DNA of 63,904 nucleotides, counting the filler, from Octopus bimaculoides (lineage: Eukaryota), in assembly GCF_001194135.2 (NCBI RefSeq). It is 5 parts of 5 records of this genome, joined end to end, with 100 filler letters (N's around TTAATTAATTAA, not from the genome) between each part and the next. Parts side by side here need not be neighbours in the genome. Positions count along the whole stretch, not along the records: positions 35,040 to 49,660 come from NC_069001.1; 4 more parts are not named here. One strand, written 5' to 3'. Shown piece by piece: positions 35,055 through 47,756 of the stretch; position 1 is the first letter of the stretch, and each line of letters starts with the position of its first letter. The position numbers and the translations under genes were made by a program. Under the pieces are notes generated by a model. It ran no database searches. It worked only from the letters and a program-made list of their open reading frames with translations, and was not told where the DNA came from.

Positions 35055-35700
35055 TGTTCTTATCATCATTGTTTAACGTCTGCTTTCCATGCTAGCATGG
35101 GTTGGACAATTTGACTGAGGACTGGTGAACCAGATGGCTACACCAGGCTCCAATCTGATTTGGCAGAGTTTCTACAGCTGGATGCCCTTTCTAATGCCAA
35201 CCACTCCAAGAGTGTAGTGGGTGCTTTTACATGCCACCGGCACAAAGGCCAGTCAGGAGGTACTGGCAACGGCCATGCTCGAAGTGGTGTATTTTACATG
35301 CCACTTGCACAGGAGCCAGTCCAGCAGCACTGGCAACAACCTCGCTCAAATGTCTTTTCATGTGCCACCGGCACAAGTGCCAGGAGGGCGACGCTGGTAA
35401 TGATCACGCTCAAATGGTGCTATTCATGTGCCACCGGCACGGAAGCCAGACAGCTGCTCTGGCAACGATCATGCTCGGACGGTGCTCTTAGTGCTCCACT
35501 GGTACAGGTGCCATCACGATTTCGCTTTCACTTGCCCCAACAGGTCTTTGCAAGCTGAGTTTAGTGTCCAATGAAGGAGACGTTGGCATGGGTGCCAGTC
35601 GTCGAATTTAGTTCGATTTCGATTTCACTTGCCTCAACAGGTCTTCGCAAGCGGAGTTTAGTGTCCAATGAAGGAAAGGTACGCATAAGTGGGCTTTTAA
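35055..35700 (-). mobile_element. RTE-tail-bearing repeat with internal tandem subrepeats
   Basis: 35055-35240 aligns with the RTE 3' tail at 24765-24945. It is followed by repeated GCCACCGGCAC-type units and a duplicated CACTTGCC.CAACAGGTCTT.GCAAGC.GAGTTTAGTGTCCAATGAAGGA block. Confidence 0.7.
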
Positions 35701-36444
35701 TACCACTCACCTGAGAGCAGCACCCTTGGTTCTGTGATATGAACTTCTTGGTACAGCAATTCATCTAAATTAAAACTTACCATCTAAATTTCATGTTAAT
35801 TTCTAAATACCAGCTTAATAACGACAAAGTTATTTCAATAAATTGTTCATTATTTTTTAAATTATTTGAAAGTAAGGTGATTTATTTTAAAAGAAATATG
35901 GAAACAAAAGGGTTAAAGTAATGTAAATCTGTAGGAACACTATTTCCCTTTGGCGGAACTATTATCCATCCATGCGTGATTTGGTTAGTGTAGCCAATCG
36001 CTTTACCTCGCACATAGATACACACTGCCACCTATTACAAAGTCGCGGGAAAATTTTAATCAGTCCCAGCCAAGCCTCCAAGAAATTTAGATGTAATTTG
36101 TCATGTGACTGTCGGAGCTCAACTCCACCACATGGACAACATGAAAGGAAGAAACACTCTGGAACTAAATAACTATTTATAGACTGTTTGAATGTTTATC
36201 CTGTTCACATTTTACAATATACAGTAACAGTGTTACATGTTACTTATGCTACATGAACATTTTTCTGGATTTGTGACCGTATAATGAATAGCTTGAACTT
36301 TTCTTTTGTTCACATAGGACACTGTTATACCATACCTTTGAATGCTATACCCTGTATGCTGACAAGCAAACTTTGATTTAATGTTATGCTCTTGTCATTT
36401 CTTCTTATAATAAATTACTATGTTCTACCAAGCCTTCTGAACAT

Positions 36445-37140
36445 TACTACTTTACTTGTTTCAGTCATTTGACTGTGGCCATGCTGAAGCACCACCTTTA
36501 GTCGAGCAAATCGACCCCAGCACTTATTCTTTGTAAGCCTAGTACTTATTCTATCGGTTCTTTTGCCGAACCGCTAAGTTACGGGGACGTAAACACACCA
36601 GCATCGGTAGTCAAGCGAAGTTGGGGGGACAAATACAAACACACAAACATATACACACACATACATACATATATATATATATATANNNNNNNNNNNNNNN
36701 NNNNNNNNNNNNNNNNNNNNNNNNNNNNNNNNNNNNNNNNNNNNNNNNNNNNNNNNNNNNNNNNTGACTGCGGCCATGCTGGAGCACCGCCTTTAGTCGA
36801 GCAAATCGACCCCGGGGCTTATTCTTTGTAAGCCTAGTACTTATTCTATCGGTCTCTTTTGCCGAACCGCTAAGTGACGGGGACACAAACACACCAGCAT
36901 CGGTTGTCAAGCAATGCTAGGGGGACAAACACAAACACACACATACACACACATATATATATATATATATAGATATATACGACGGGCTTCTTTCAGTTTC
37001 TGTCTACCAAATCCACTCACAAGGCTGTGGTCGGCCCGAGGCTATAGTAGAAGACACTTGCCCAAGGTGCCACGCAGTGGGACTGAACCCGGGACCATGT
37101 GGTTCATAAGCAAGCTACTTACCACACAGCCACTCCTGCG
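36445..37140 (-). mobile_element. Family-A tRNA-derived SINE: tail copy, gap, then a near-intact young copy (36765-37140)
   Basis: Minus-strand head GGAGTGGCTGTGTGGTAAGTAGCTTGC...GGTTCAGTCCCACTGCGTGGCACCTTGGGCAAGTGTC (A/B boxes and a CORE-like motif), an internal CA/TA microsatellite, and a conserved tail. Confidence 0.88.
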
Positions 37141-37214
37141 ACTGTTATTGTCTATTATTGCATTACAAAGTATTACACTACCACTCTTATAAATGATATT
37201 TTAGTGCCAATTCA

Positions 37215-37806
37215 CTAAAAAACTTCCCTCAAAATTTCACGTTAATTTATGTTCCAAATACCAGCTTAATAATGACAAAGTTACTTCAATAAATTCTTCA
37301 TTATTTTCAAAATTAATTGAAAGTGAGGTAGTGTACTTTAACAGAATTATGATATTGGAAGGGTTAATCCTTTGGATATCAACCTGACATGATATTGCCC
37401 CTGGTTACAAACCTCTCATTTTGAAATGATCTAAATTAAAACCTTGCATCAAAATTTCATGCTAATTTATGATTTGAAGACCAGCTTAAACCTTTTGTAT
37501 TCAGATTAATCTGTCAAATGCAACATTTATTTATTCCCGTTGTTTTGAATTAATCATGCATAATCTTCTAGCTTTAAGATTTCAATGATGTAATTAATTG
37601 TTTATTTTTAGAATGACATTGCAGGCTGGGTGTGAGAGGCTGGGTATGGTCAGTCTGTACATAAAGCAGGTATAATATTTGGGCCGGATATGGTTAGTTT
37701 AAAGGCCGAAGGGTTAATAATGACAAAGTTATTTTACTAGTTTCTTTGGTACTTTTAAAATTGAAATAAAGATAATGCAATGTGATTTATGGTAACAAAA
37801 AGGTTA
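37215..37806. mobile_element. Nested/tandem piggyBac-type (TTAA) MITE cluster
   Basis: Two copies of one family end in GGTTAA (37366, 37806). A second family (37490-37713) is inserted at a duplicated TTAA inside the second copy. Confidence 0.7.
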
Positions 37807-37880
37807 AAAACTTGTCTAAAGCCATACTGAAGAATGAAGAATGGGTGCAAACTCTTATTTGGTTTTCCTGTTAATAACAG

Positions 37881-37927
37881 AGAAAAGGTGGATTTTGCTG
37901 ATTTTAAGAGAAGCGGGTTGAAGGCAG
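37881..37927 (+). CDS. Possible upstream exon of the unidentified gene (EKVDFADFKRSGLKA)
   Basis: Pyrimidine-rich CAG acceptor, and the phase 1 end fits the 39094 exon, but the donor (GTGCTA) is weak. Confidence 0.3.
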
Positions 37928-38592
37928 GTGCTAGTATTTCTCCGTATGAGAACTGCTGAGCTACAACCCCACTTTCTCCTCCCAATATAATTGTATATTT
38001 GTTGGGCTTGTGCTAAATAAATGAAATCATCAGCATTGTTGTTATCTTTGTTTCCCATCATCACCACCCCCACACCCTTATCATTACTATTACTGATGTC
38101 ATCTCCACCACCCCAAATTCTAAGCAAGGTTAAAGCATTTATTACTATCACTACCACCTCTACCGTTTTTCAATATTAATACCACCATCATCATCATCAT
38201 CATCATAGATATAGGCGTGTCTGTGTGAATAGGCTTGTTTCTTAACCATGTGGTCTCAAGTTCAGTCCTACTGCATGGTACCTCAGGTGAGAGTTGTCAT
38301 CTGTTATAGCCCCAGGCTATAGCAGATCCTTGTGAGTGAATTTGGCAGACAAAGACTGAAAGAAGCCTGTTGAGAATGTATATATATGTGTGCATGTCTT
38401 TAAGTTTATGTTTGTGTTTACATGCCAGTAATTTAGCAATTTGGCAAAAGACTTTAAAAAAATAAGCACTGGGGTTGATTTGTTTGACTTAACCTTTCAG
38501 TGCAGTGCCCCAGCATGGCCAGAGTCTAATGACTGAAACAAGTAAAAGATAAGAGATGCTCTGATCTATTACAAGATTATACCATACTTTAA

Positions 38593-38812
38593 CCCCTTAG
38601 CATTTAAAGTGGCCATATCTGGCCCAAATATTCTACCTGTTTTATGTTCAAACTGGTCAGATCTAGCTTCTCACACCTGCCCTACAATGTCATTCTAAGA
38701 AGAAACAGTCTCCTCATCAGAATCTCAAAGCTACAAGATAATACCTGATTAATTCAAAACAATGTGAATAAATAAGCATTATATTTGTTAGAGTAAGCTG
38801 GGTGCTAAAGAG
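38593..38812. mobile_element. piggyBac-type MITE with TTAA TSD
   Basis: TTAA|CCCCTTAGCA...TGCTAAAGAG|TTAA. Same family as 37490-37713 and 43705-43897. Confidence 0.8.
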
Positions 38813-39093
38813 TTAACACAACATTCCAAATAATTTGGGTAAACACAGCTTTTAAATTAATTTAAATCATGTAAAAAGATCCCATGACTATTGTGTTAAC
38901 CTCCAAATTTCTTTGCCTCACATATAACCCTTCCAATGCATGCCAGTATGGAAAGCAGGTATAAATTGATGAGGGGTAGGACAACAAAACCAAATTTTAA
39001 AACAAATTTTGGATGAAAGACTAAAAAATTTTGCTTTTTAAAAAAAAAAAAAAATCCTGTTGGTGTTTCAACAAAATTCTTTCTCCCATCTAG

Positions 39094-39174
39094 GAGAAAA
39101 AATGAGAATTAGTCCATCTGATGTCAATGTTTTGGTGAAGAATATTCCAATACATGACCGTGCAACATGGACAG
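39094..39174 (+). CDS. Exon of an unidentified protein (GEKMRISPSDVNVLVKNIPIHDRATWT)
   Basis: Pyrimidine tract plus TAG acceptor and CAG|GTAAGC donor. Only one of the three frames is open. 81 bp, phase 1-1. Confidence 0.6.
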
Positions 39175-39296
39175 GTAAGCAAGTTTTTATAAAGCTACAA
39201 TCTTGGTGAGATTTTTGTTGTTACACTAAGAACATTTTCGATAAAACCCAAAAGTACTCCTTGTAAAGAAACTCTTTCTCCTCCTATTATTATTAT

Positions 39297-40570
39297 TAAG
39301 GTGATGAGCTGGCAGAATCGTTAGCACTCTGGACAAAATGCTTAGCAGTATTTTGCCTGTCACTACATTCTGAGTTCAAATTCCACCAAGGTCGACTTTG
39401 CATTTCATCCTTTCGTGGTCAATAAATTAAGTAGTAGTTGAATACTGGGGTTGATGTAATTGACTTAACCCCTCCCCACAAAAGCTGCCCTTGTGGCAAA
39501 ATTTGAAACCATTATTATTATTATTATAAGGCTGGCAGAATTATTAAAATGCTTAGCAGCATTTGTCCATCTTTATGTTCGGAGTTCAAATTCCACTTAG
39601 GTTAATTTTGTCTTTTATTCTTTTGGGGTTAATAAAATAAGTACCAGTTGAGCACTGGGGTCAGTGTAATCAACTATCCCTGTCCCTCAAAATTCCTGGC
39701 CTTGTGCCAAAATTTGAGGTTGTTGTTACTGTTAAGGCAGTGAGCTGACAGAATTAGCATGTTGGTCAAAATGCATTGCAGCATTTTTTCTAGCTCTTTA
39801 TATTCTGAGCTCAAATGCCACTGAACTAGATAGACCCTGCTTTTTATCTTTCCTGGTTCAAGAAAAGAAGCTCTACAGTTGAGCACTGAGATCAATGTAA
39901 TTGACTAGCCCCATCCTTCTCTTTAAAAATTAAAAAAATTCAGGCCTTGTGTCTATCGTAGAGAAATTATTTATTAAAGCTAAAAGCTAGCAGAACCATA
40001 ACTATGTCAGAAAAAAATGCTCAGCAGCATTTTCTCCATCTTTTTACATTTCTGAGTTCAAATTCTGCCAAGTTCAACTTCATTTTTTCAACATCTAAAC
40101 GAATGAAAGGCAAAGTGCTAGTCAAATACTGAATCAGATATAATCAGTTTACTTCCTCCTCCTCCTGGAAAAAATTACTGGCCTTGTGCCAAAATTTGAA
40201 ATCACTGTTGCTGTTATTGTGATTGATAGCAATGAGCATCAGAAAAAAAATGCCATCCGGTATTTGTTCTGGCCCTTCATGTTCGGAGTTCAAATCCTTC
40301 AGAAGTCAATCATACATTTGAGGGATCCATATAAATAAAGTACCCGCCAAGTATTAGAGTAGAAAGTATGAAATTAACTTCCATTCCTCAAAAATTGCTG
40401 AAGCATTTTGCCTATCTCTATGTTCTGAGTTCAAATTCCACCAGGTTCAACCTTGCCTTTCATCCTTGTTAAAATAAATACCCATTGAACAATGGGCTCA
40501 ATGTAATCAACTTACACCCCCCCCCCCAAAAAAAAACTTGCTGGATTTGTACCAAAATTTGAAACCAATA
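39297..40570 (+). mobile_element. Head-to-tail array of about six family-B SINEs
   Basis: Recurring blocks AAATGC..AGC, TTC.GAGTTCAAAT (B box) and GGCCTTGTG.CAAAATTTGA at roughly 200-250-bp intervals, all in the same orientation. Confidence 0.85.
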
Positions 40571-40790
40571 TTTCTTCAGGGTCTTTGGCAGCATCATGCT
40601 TCTTACTCTTATTTTATATACACTCTACTTTTGCACAGAGAAGCCCTTTATAGCCAACAATTTTCTATATTTCTTCCTCTTCTATCAATTCAAAACATTA
40701 TTTTCCTTGAAAACCAAATTCATTGATAAATAAGATTTCAATTTTATATTTTTGTTTAAAAATTTTTTTTTTTTCTTTTTGTCATTTTAG

Positions 40791-40927
40791 GTTTGCCACT
40801 CAAAGAATTTTATACACAAATGTCTCTGGAATCACCATTTCCCAAGGCAGTCTCTATCTCTGTCACCACCTCAAAATGTATGTTTCCACACCACATAACA
40901 GTGAAAGCTCGTAATCAAACATTCCAG
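40791..40927 (+). CDS. Exon of the same unidentified protein (GLPLKEFYTQMSLESPFPKAVSISVTTSKCMFPHHITVKARNQTFQ)
   Basis: Long poly-T TAG acceptor and CAG|GTAAAA donor. Open for 45 codons in the phase set by the 39094 exon. Confidence 0.6.
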
Positions 40928-41901
40928 GTAAAAACTATTTAGTTTAAACTCCAAATATAAACAAGAAAATACATGTTAACTATGGGATCAGCCTGTCCCA
41001 TGCAGCCACAGGTGGGGTTTAGCTTCTGAATAAGTGGGACCAAGCCTTGAGGTGGAGCTTACCTTGCCTTAATGGGAAGCCAACAATGCCACCACCACTA
41101 CCATGATAGTAATGAACCAATTACTATCCTTAGTTAAGCTCCTACTTAACCTTATTTTTTTTTCATCAACAAAAAATGAGGCAGTACCCATAAACTTTTT
41201 TCAGGGCTGCCAAGACAAAGGAGACCTTGTATGCTAAGTCCCTTTTTTTTTTTTCCAAAACTGAATCTTTAGAAAGATCACTAATAAAGTTACCTTAGCC
41301 TCTTTAGTTTCACATAACATAAAAGGAATGTGTTTACATTTTTCAAACTCACAGGAGGGCTTTCTAATATTTAAAATTATTTCAGATCTTCTGATTTACA
41401 CTGAGCATTATATATATATATATACATACACATAANNNNNNNNNNNNNNNNNNNNNNNNNNNNNNNNNNNNNNNNNNNNNNNNNNNNNNNNNNNNNNNNN
41501 NNNNNNNNNNNNNNNNNNNNNNNNNNNNNNNNNNNNNNNNNNNNNNNNNNNNNNNNNNNNNNNNNNNNNNNNNNNNNNNNNNNNNNNNNNNNNNNNNNNN
41601 NNNNNNNNNNNNNNNNNNNNNNNNNNNNNNNNNNNNNNNNNNNNNNNNNNNNNNNNNNNNNNNNNNNNNNNNNNNNNNNNNNNNNNNNNNNNNNNNNNNN
41701 NNNNNNNNNNNNNNNNNNNNNNNNNNNNNNNNNNNNNNNNNNNNNNNNNNNNNNNNNNNNNNNNNNNNNNNNNNNNNNNNNNNNNNNNNNNNNNNNNNNN
41801 NNNNNNNNNNNNNNNNNNNNNNNNNNNNNNNNNNNNNNNNNNNNNNNNNNNNNNNNNNNNNNNNNNNNNNNNNNNNNNNNNNNNNNNNNNNNNNNNNNNN
41901 N

Positions 41902-41936
<35 letters not shown>

Positions 41937-42103
41937 TAGATATATAATCATTTCAAATATATATATACATGAGGCTATATAACATATCTTAATGTATATT
42001 TCAGATGTATAAATGATGCTAAATATGTATATATGTATCCATGTGTTGACACAAATTTACACATATATTTCAAATGTAGAAAGACTTTTGTGTAACATAT
42101 ATA

Positions 42104-42293
42104 TGAGGGAGAGCTGAAAAGTTCCTGGCTTTGTAAAAGAAAATACAGTAGCAGTTATGATTTTATTCAACATACTCCCTTCTCAGATTCACACACTTGA
42201 TTGCAGTGGTCCTTCAGTTTTTCTAAGACCTGTAAAAGAACTCAAAGAGGTTGGGCCTACCCTTAAAGCCAGGAACTTTTCAGCACCCCCTCA
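42104..42293. mobile_element. Mariner-derived MITE (190 bp)
   Basis: About 29-bp TIRs (TGAGGGAGAGCTGAAAAGTTCCTGGCTTT / AAAGCCAGGAACTTTTCAGCACCCCCTCA) with TA on both sides. Confidence 0.85.
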
Positions 42294-42559
42294 TAATGCA
42301 CACACATGCTAACATGTATTTCATAGACACATATATTAATGTATATTTCAGATGTACAAGGAGTTCTTTAAAAATACACTCCAAAAGACAGAAAGAGAAG
42401 AAAAAGATGCACTGGAGAGGGAGATGAAAAGATGGGCAAATTGGCAAGCAAGTGTGAAAAATATACAAAACTTATATAAATAAACCATTTCAGTCAGAAG
42501 TAGCTGCAAATTGTTGCTTTTGTCCTCTTTATCGATGATACAAGTCTGATATTTTCTTG

Positions 42560-42763
42560 CGAGTGGGTGCTGAAAAGTTCCTGGCTATGGGTAAAAGAAA
42601 ATACAAGATTACAATTTTATTCAACATATTCCCTTCAGATTCACACATTTATTGCAGTGGACCTTCAGATTTCCTAAGCCCTGTAAAAGAACTTGGAAGG
42701 TTGGGCCTCCAATCAGGCCTTTTGTTATACTCTTAATGCCAGAAACTTTTTAGCACTCCCTTA
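42560..42763. mobile_element. Second copy of the same mariner MITE, direct orientation
   Basis: Collinear with 42104-42293, with the same TIR core GCTGAAAAGTTCCTGGCT. Confidence 0.8.
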
Positions 42764-43046
42764 TATAATCATGTGTCCCATCACAAACACATACTAAGGC
42801 ACAAACATGAAAAGCTCACAATGGAGTATGGCTCCCATATCTTGAATGGCAACAACCAGAGAAGGGTCACTCAACTGATTGTGTCTATAATAAGCCTCTG
42901 TTCCTTAGAGCTGGTTAATTTCATGCCAATTCCACTTGTGCCCTACTGGCTGACCTATGTTATGTCCAACTCCCAGTCCTGCCTCCCCAGAACTTCATTC
43001 CCCTTTTCCTATTAGAATCTTCTCCCTGCCTATGTCTTTCCTGCAG

Positions 43047-43073
43047 ATATTAAACTTGCAACAGTTTAAGTAA
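43047..43073 (+). CDS. Possible terminal exon ILNLQQFK*
   Basis: TCTTTCCTGCAG acceptor. Phase 0 matches the end of the 40791-40927 exon, but the exon is very short and so weakly supported. Confidence 0.3.
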   Translation: MLNLQQFK

Positions 43074-43704
43074 AACATCAGCCTCACCAATCTCAGAAGA
43101 CTGTCAAAGACCTTGAGCACTGCACCTTGCTCCAGAACCAGCAAAAAATTAAATAAAACAAAATTACACTTGAATATATTTCCAGATATACAGAAACATG
43201 TTGGTTTCTATTCTGGACACAAGGCCATCAATTTCAAGTAAGGGGTACGTCAATGTTACCAACCCCACTGCTCAAATGGTACTTATTTTCTCAAAAGGAT
43301 GAAGAGCAAAGTCAACCTAGGTGGAACTCAGAACAAAGATGGACGAAATGCTGCTAGGCATTTTGCCCGGTCTCCTATCAATTCTGCCAACTCACCACCT
43401 TTCCCATGCACAAAACATTAACACACTGACATATCTGCTAAACATATTAGCATATATATATATATATATATATATATANNNNNNNNNNNNNNNNNNNNNN
43501 NNNNNNNNNNNNNNNNNNNNNNNNNNNNNNNNNNNNNNNNNNNNNNNNNNNNNNNNNNNNNNNNNNNNNNNNNNNNNNAGAGTGGTACGAAGTGGTGAAC
43601 ATTGATGTGCTTGTGATCTCTCTGTTGACTTTGACCTTGTCATTAAACACTATCAACACACACAACTATTCGCATCAACCCTACTCAGTCTTCCACTCCC
43701 TTAA

Positions 43705-43897
43705 CCCTTTAGCATTCAAATTACTCTGACAAAGGCAAAGCTTATTTATTCATATTGTTTCATAGCTTTGAGATTTTGATGTTACTGTCTATTTTTAGAA
43801 TGGTATTGTAGGGTAGGTGTAAAAGGCTAGATCAGGCCAGTTGAAACATAAAACAGGCTTGTTTTTGTCAGATATGGCTGGTTTAAATGCTAAAGAG
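43705..43897. mobile_element. piggyBac-type MITE with TTAA TSD, opposite orientation to 38593-38812
   Basis: TTAA|CCCTTTAGCATT...AATGCTAAAGAG|TTAA. Confidence 0.8.
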
Positions 43898-46800
43898 TTA
43901 AGAAAAAAAAACACCAAAAAAAAACACACACACACACAAATAAACGAAACAAACAACAAGATATAAGTGTTTTGTTTTACAGCACTCTTAAGAAAAGAGT
44001 AGTTTATTTATTATAGGTCATTTTATTTTCTAATAAAAAATTAGCTACAACACACGTTCTCAGGAAACAGCTGCACCAAGGAGGTCATAGTGAAACTTAA
44101 GAGAGGCCAGGAGAAATTAAAAACAAAATTTCTTAAAAGATAAAATATAGAACTAAGATGAAGTCATTTATGCTCAAAAAGAAATAAATAAAAATGGGCA
44201 TGGTTGTACCAAATATAGATCTCTCAGTTTCCACATGATAGATACTTTGTTTCATATTTTATATAAAATATTAAATTTTATATATAATATATAAATATAA
44301 TATACAATATATGATATTAAATATAATATATATCATTTTATATATGGCTTTATACATATGTATATATAATTTATAAAATATTTTATATATTATATAATAT
44401 GCATTATATATTACATTTTATACATATAAACAAAAAGTTACCAATAAGAATACTTTTGAACAAAAAGACCTTTCATCTTTCATCTTAAGTTAACATTATA
44501 TGAATGAATGATACAAGTTTCAAAAGTCAATTTTCTAAATAATACATAACTGACTATCTTTTTTATCCTAACTTTTATGTAAGTATGCCTATGTTAATAC
44601 ATGAAATGAATGGTAGTTAGTCAGTATAATGTAGACCTAGCTTTATAAGATTAAACAATTCACATTTAGGTCCTTATTATTATTATTATTATTCATTAAA
44701 CTTAATTTACCTTTTCTCCAATCCCGTTGGCAAAAGATATATCTATATATTTTTTGTATGTGAAGATTTGATCAGAGGTTGAAAGTTTCTGGTGAAAAAA
44801 AATTAAAATTTGATTAAAAAAAAAAACCCTGAGCCAACCTAGCTTTGTTAGATGTAGAAATATATGAAAGGGACAATGTGTAAGATGAAAAAAAAAAGAA
44901 AATCTGAGGTTATAATATAAACCTGACTTCAGAACTGTAACTCAAAGAAGGATTTTTTTTTCATCTTTTAGTCATTATTTATTCAAACTTTGACTAAAAT
45001 GTCCTTCAATCACTGAGAGAGAGGAGGAGTCATATAATAACATATAACGACTCATCTGTGAATGATCCAAAGATGAAAGTTATTGATCTAACATAGATGT
45101 TAAAGACTGAAGATCGAAAATGGTAGAATGCTGTTGATATGGTATCAATATAGCTCTTTAAGTCTGTAATGAGAAGGAAGGTTGGGGATAAGGTCATTAT
45201 CACTAATTAAAAACTGAAAGACAGACAGACATACAGAAGTCATTTGCTGCCTTTGAAATTGCAATAATAAGGACTTCAAATTTTGGCAAAAGGCCAAAAG
45301 TTTTGGAAGGGAGGAGGAAAGTTGATTGCATCAACCCCAGCACATGACTGGTACTTATTTTATCAACCCTGAAAGGACAAAGTCGACCTTGGCAGAATTT
45401 GAACTTGGAACATAAAACCAGAAATAACACTGAGCATCTTGTCCAGTGTTGCTAATGATTCTGCCAGTTTGCTACCTTAAAAATAAAATATCTGAGCTGG
45501 CATAAAACAAAGTTAGCTCCTTCAGAAGTTTAAAACTCTCAGTAAACTTAAACATGGCATTTTCTTCTATTCATTAAAAGTGGCAGGAGTGGAAGGGACA
45601 GTGTGAATGATCTCTAAAGTAGAAAAAAGATTTTTTTATCCTATGAATAAATAGGACTGGAGTTTTTTTTTGTTTTAATTAAAAAAACAAATCTGCAAGT
45701 AAATTGGTATGTTGTAAATGGTGATGGAATCCAATCTTTTTAATTAGACAGCTGAATGATATTACAGGATCTATTATCTGCATTCTGTAAGAAATTTTGT
45801 CTTAACCCTCTTGTTCCTATATTTCTGTTGAAATACATTGCTTTTGTTTTGGAAGATTATAAAAATCACTTGAAAACAAATTTGTATCATAGAACCAGAG
45901 GCAGTCACAGGCAGGTTCGTATCAAAATGATCAAACAGAGACAGATGTCACTCTCAGTGATGAAGGCAAAAGAAAATTGTTGTTTGTGATGCTAGGGAAA
46001 GGAGGATTGGAAATTTAAAACATTTAAGGTAAGTGTCAAATGAAATTAAGTAATTTGTTCTGAATAGATGTTGGAAGTATTATGCCTATGACATGCAAGT
46101 TTACATACAAACACATGTATGTAAATAATGTCCCAAAAATAATGCCTAGATTTTAAAATTAGCCATCACTTCTTTGCTTAACAAGAAGGCATTATACTAC
46201 ATTAGTTGCATTGTGTGGGACTGGGTTGATGACAACCCTGTTCCACACAATGGGACATTACTTTTAGAGACAAGAAGTATGTGCACATACACATATATGT
46301 ATGCATACACACACAGACAAGCATGTGTAAGTAAGTATATATATATATGAATGTGTGTATACATGAGAGTATGAATGATTTCACATTCCTAACAGTTTCT
46401 GATAAAAATTTAAATAACTACAAGTTGAAAAACAAAAAGAATTCCATCTAAACCACAGTTGATTATTTTAATTATTCCACTTAAGTCAAGTGTTGCTACT
46501 TCAGTATCAAGTCTGTTTTAGCAAATAACTTTTACAGTCTTTCTCACTGAAAGAATAGAAAAAAAATTTTTTTTGTTTTTCTTTTAATTAAAAAAAAAAA
46601 AAAAAGATATGAAGCCTCCAACATACCATGTACTTCCAATTCCAGGAAACACTTTTGGAACTTGGAAATTTTAAGGGGTTTTTGTTTTGTTCCACTAAGC
46701 AATATTTTATAAAAATCTGAAGAAAAATTACTCTGGTTTTCTCATTAAAAAGAAAAACAAAACATGACATTTTTTTCCTTGAGGCAAAACATTAAAATAA

Positions 46801-47347
46801 TGAAAGAGAAACTATTCATAGAATAGGCTTACATTCACATACTCTAGCATTTTAAGATGTAATGATATTAATGTATGAGCTGTCTAGTTCTTGTCTTCCA
46901 TACAATATGCAAGTATTTTCACTAATTAACAATCTTCAGATTTCATAAATACATTCACAATGTCAGTCTACAAACTGAGCTTTGAAACATTCAAACTTTA
47001 AACTTTTATGGAACACCAATATTATTAAATGAAGTACATTCACTGCTCCACCCTATGTGTATACATTGTTATAGTTCAGAGACATACAGACAGTGCTGCT
47101 ATATACAGTCTGTGCAATGTTTGCGAGTGCTAAACAGTAGAAATGTATGGTAAAGAAAATAACTATCAACAGATTTGGTCAACCAGTTAATGAGCAAAGT
47201 GAGAGCAACTCTAGTATGTACAATGTAACTGCTAATTGAGTAACCAAACCAAATAAATGTTATTTGGACCATTGTGAAACATCTTTTAGGTTTGTTAGAA
47301 TATGAAAACCTAATTACAGTATACAGGGCTATAATGCTTGTGTGAGT

Positions 47348-47388
<41 letters not shown>

Positions 47389-47712
47389 TAATATTATATT
47401 CCAAGGGTGACAAGTCCAAAATAGGTGTTATGACTAGCCACTTAGAATAAAGATCTCAAAGTCTGAAGGTGAATAAAATATCTAATCCATAATTGTTATA
47501 TTGTCATATAACAATTATGGATTAAATATATTAAGATATATATACACACACAAACACATATGCATTTTGATTCTCAGAATAGTAATGCTCATTTTTTTCT
47601 GGGATTTTTTACACTCTTGGACAAAATATTTGGCATGGTGATATAAACATAAATGATATATGTATATAGTTAACAAATGAAAAAAAAATAGTCGCCTATA
47701 TATATATACACG

Positions 47713-47756
<44 letters not shown>

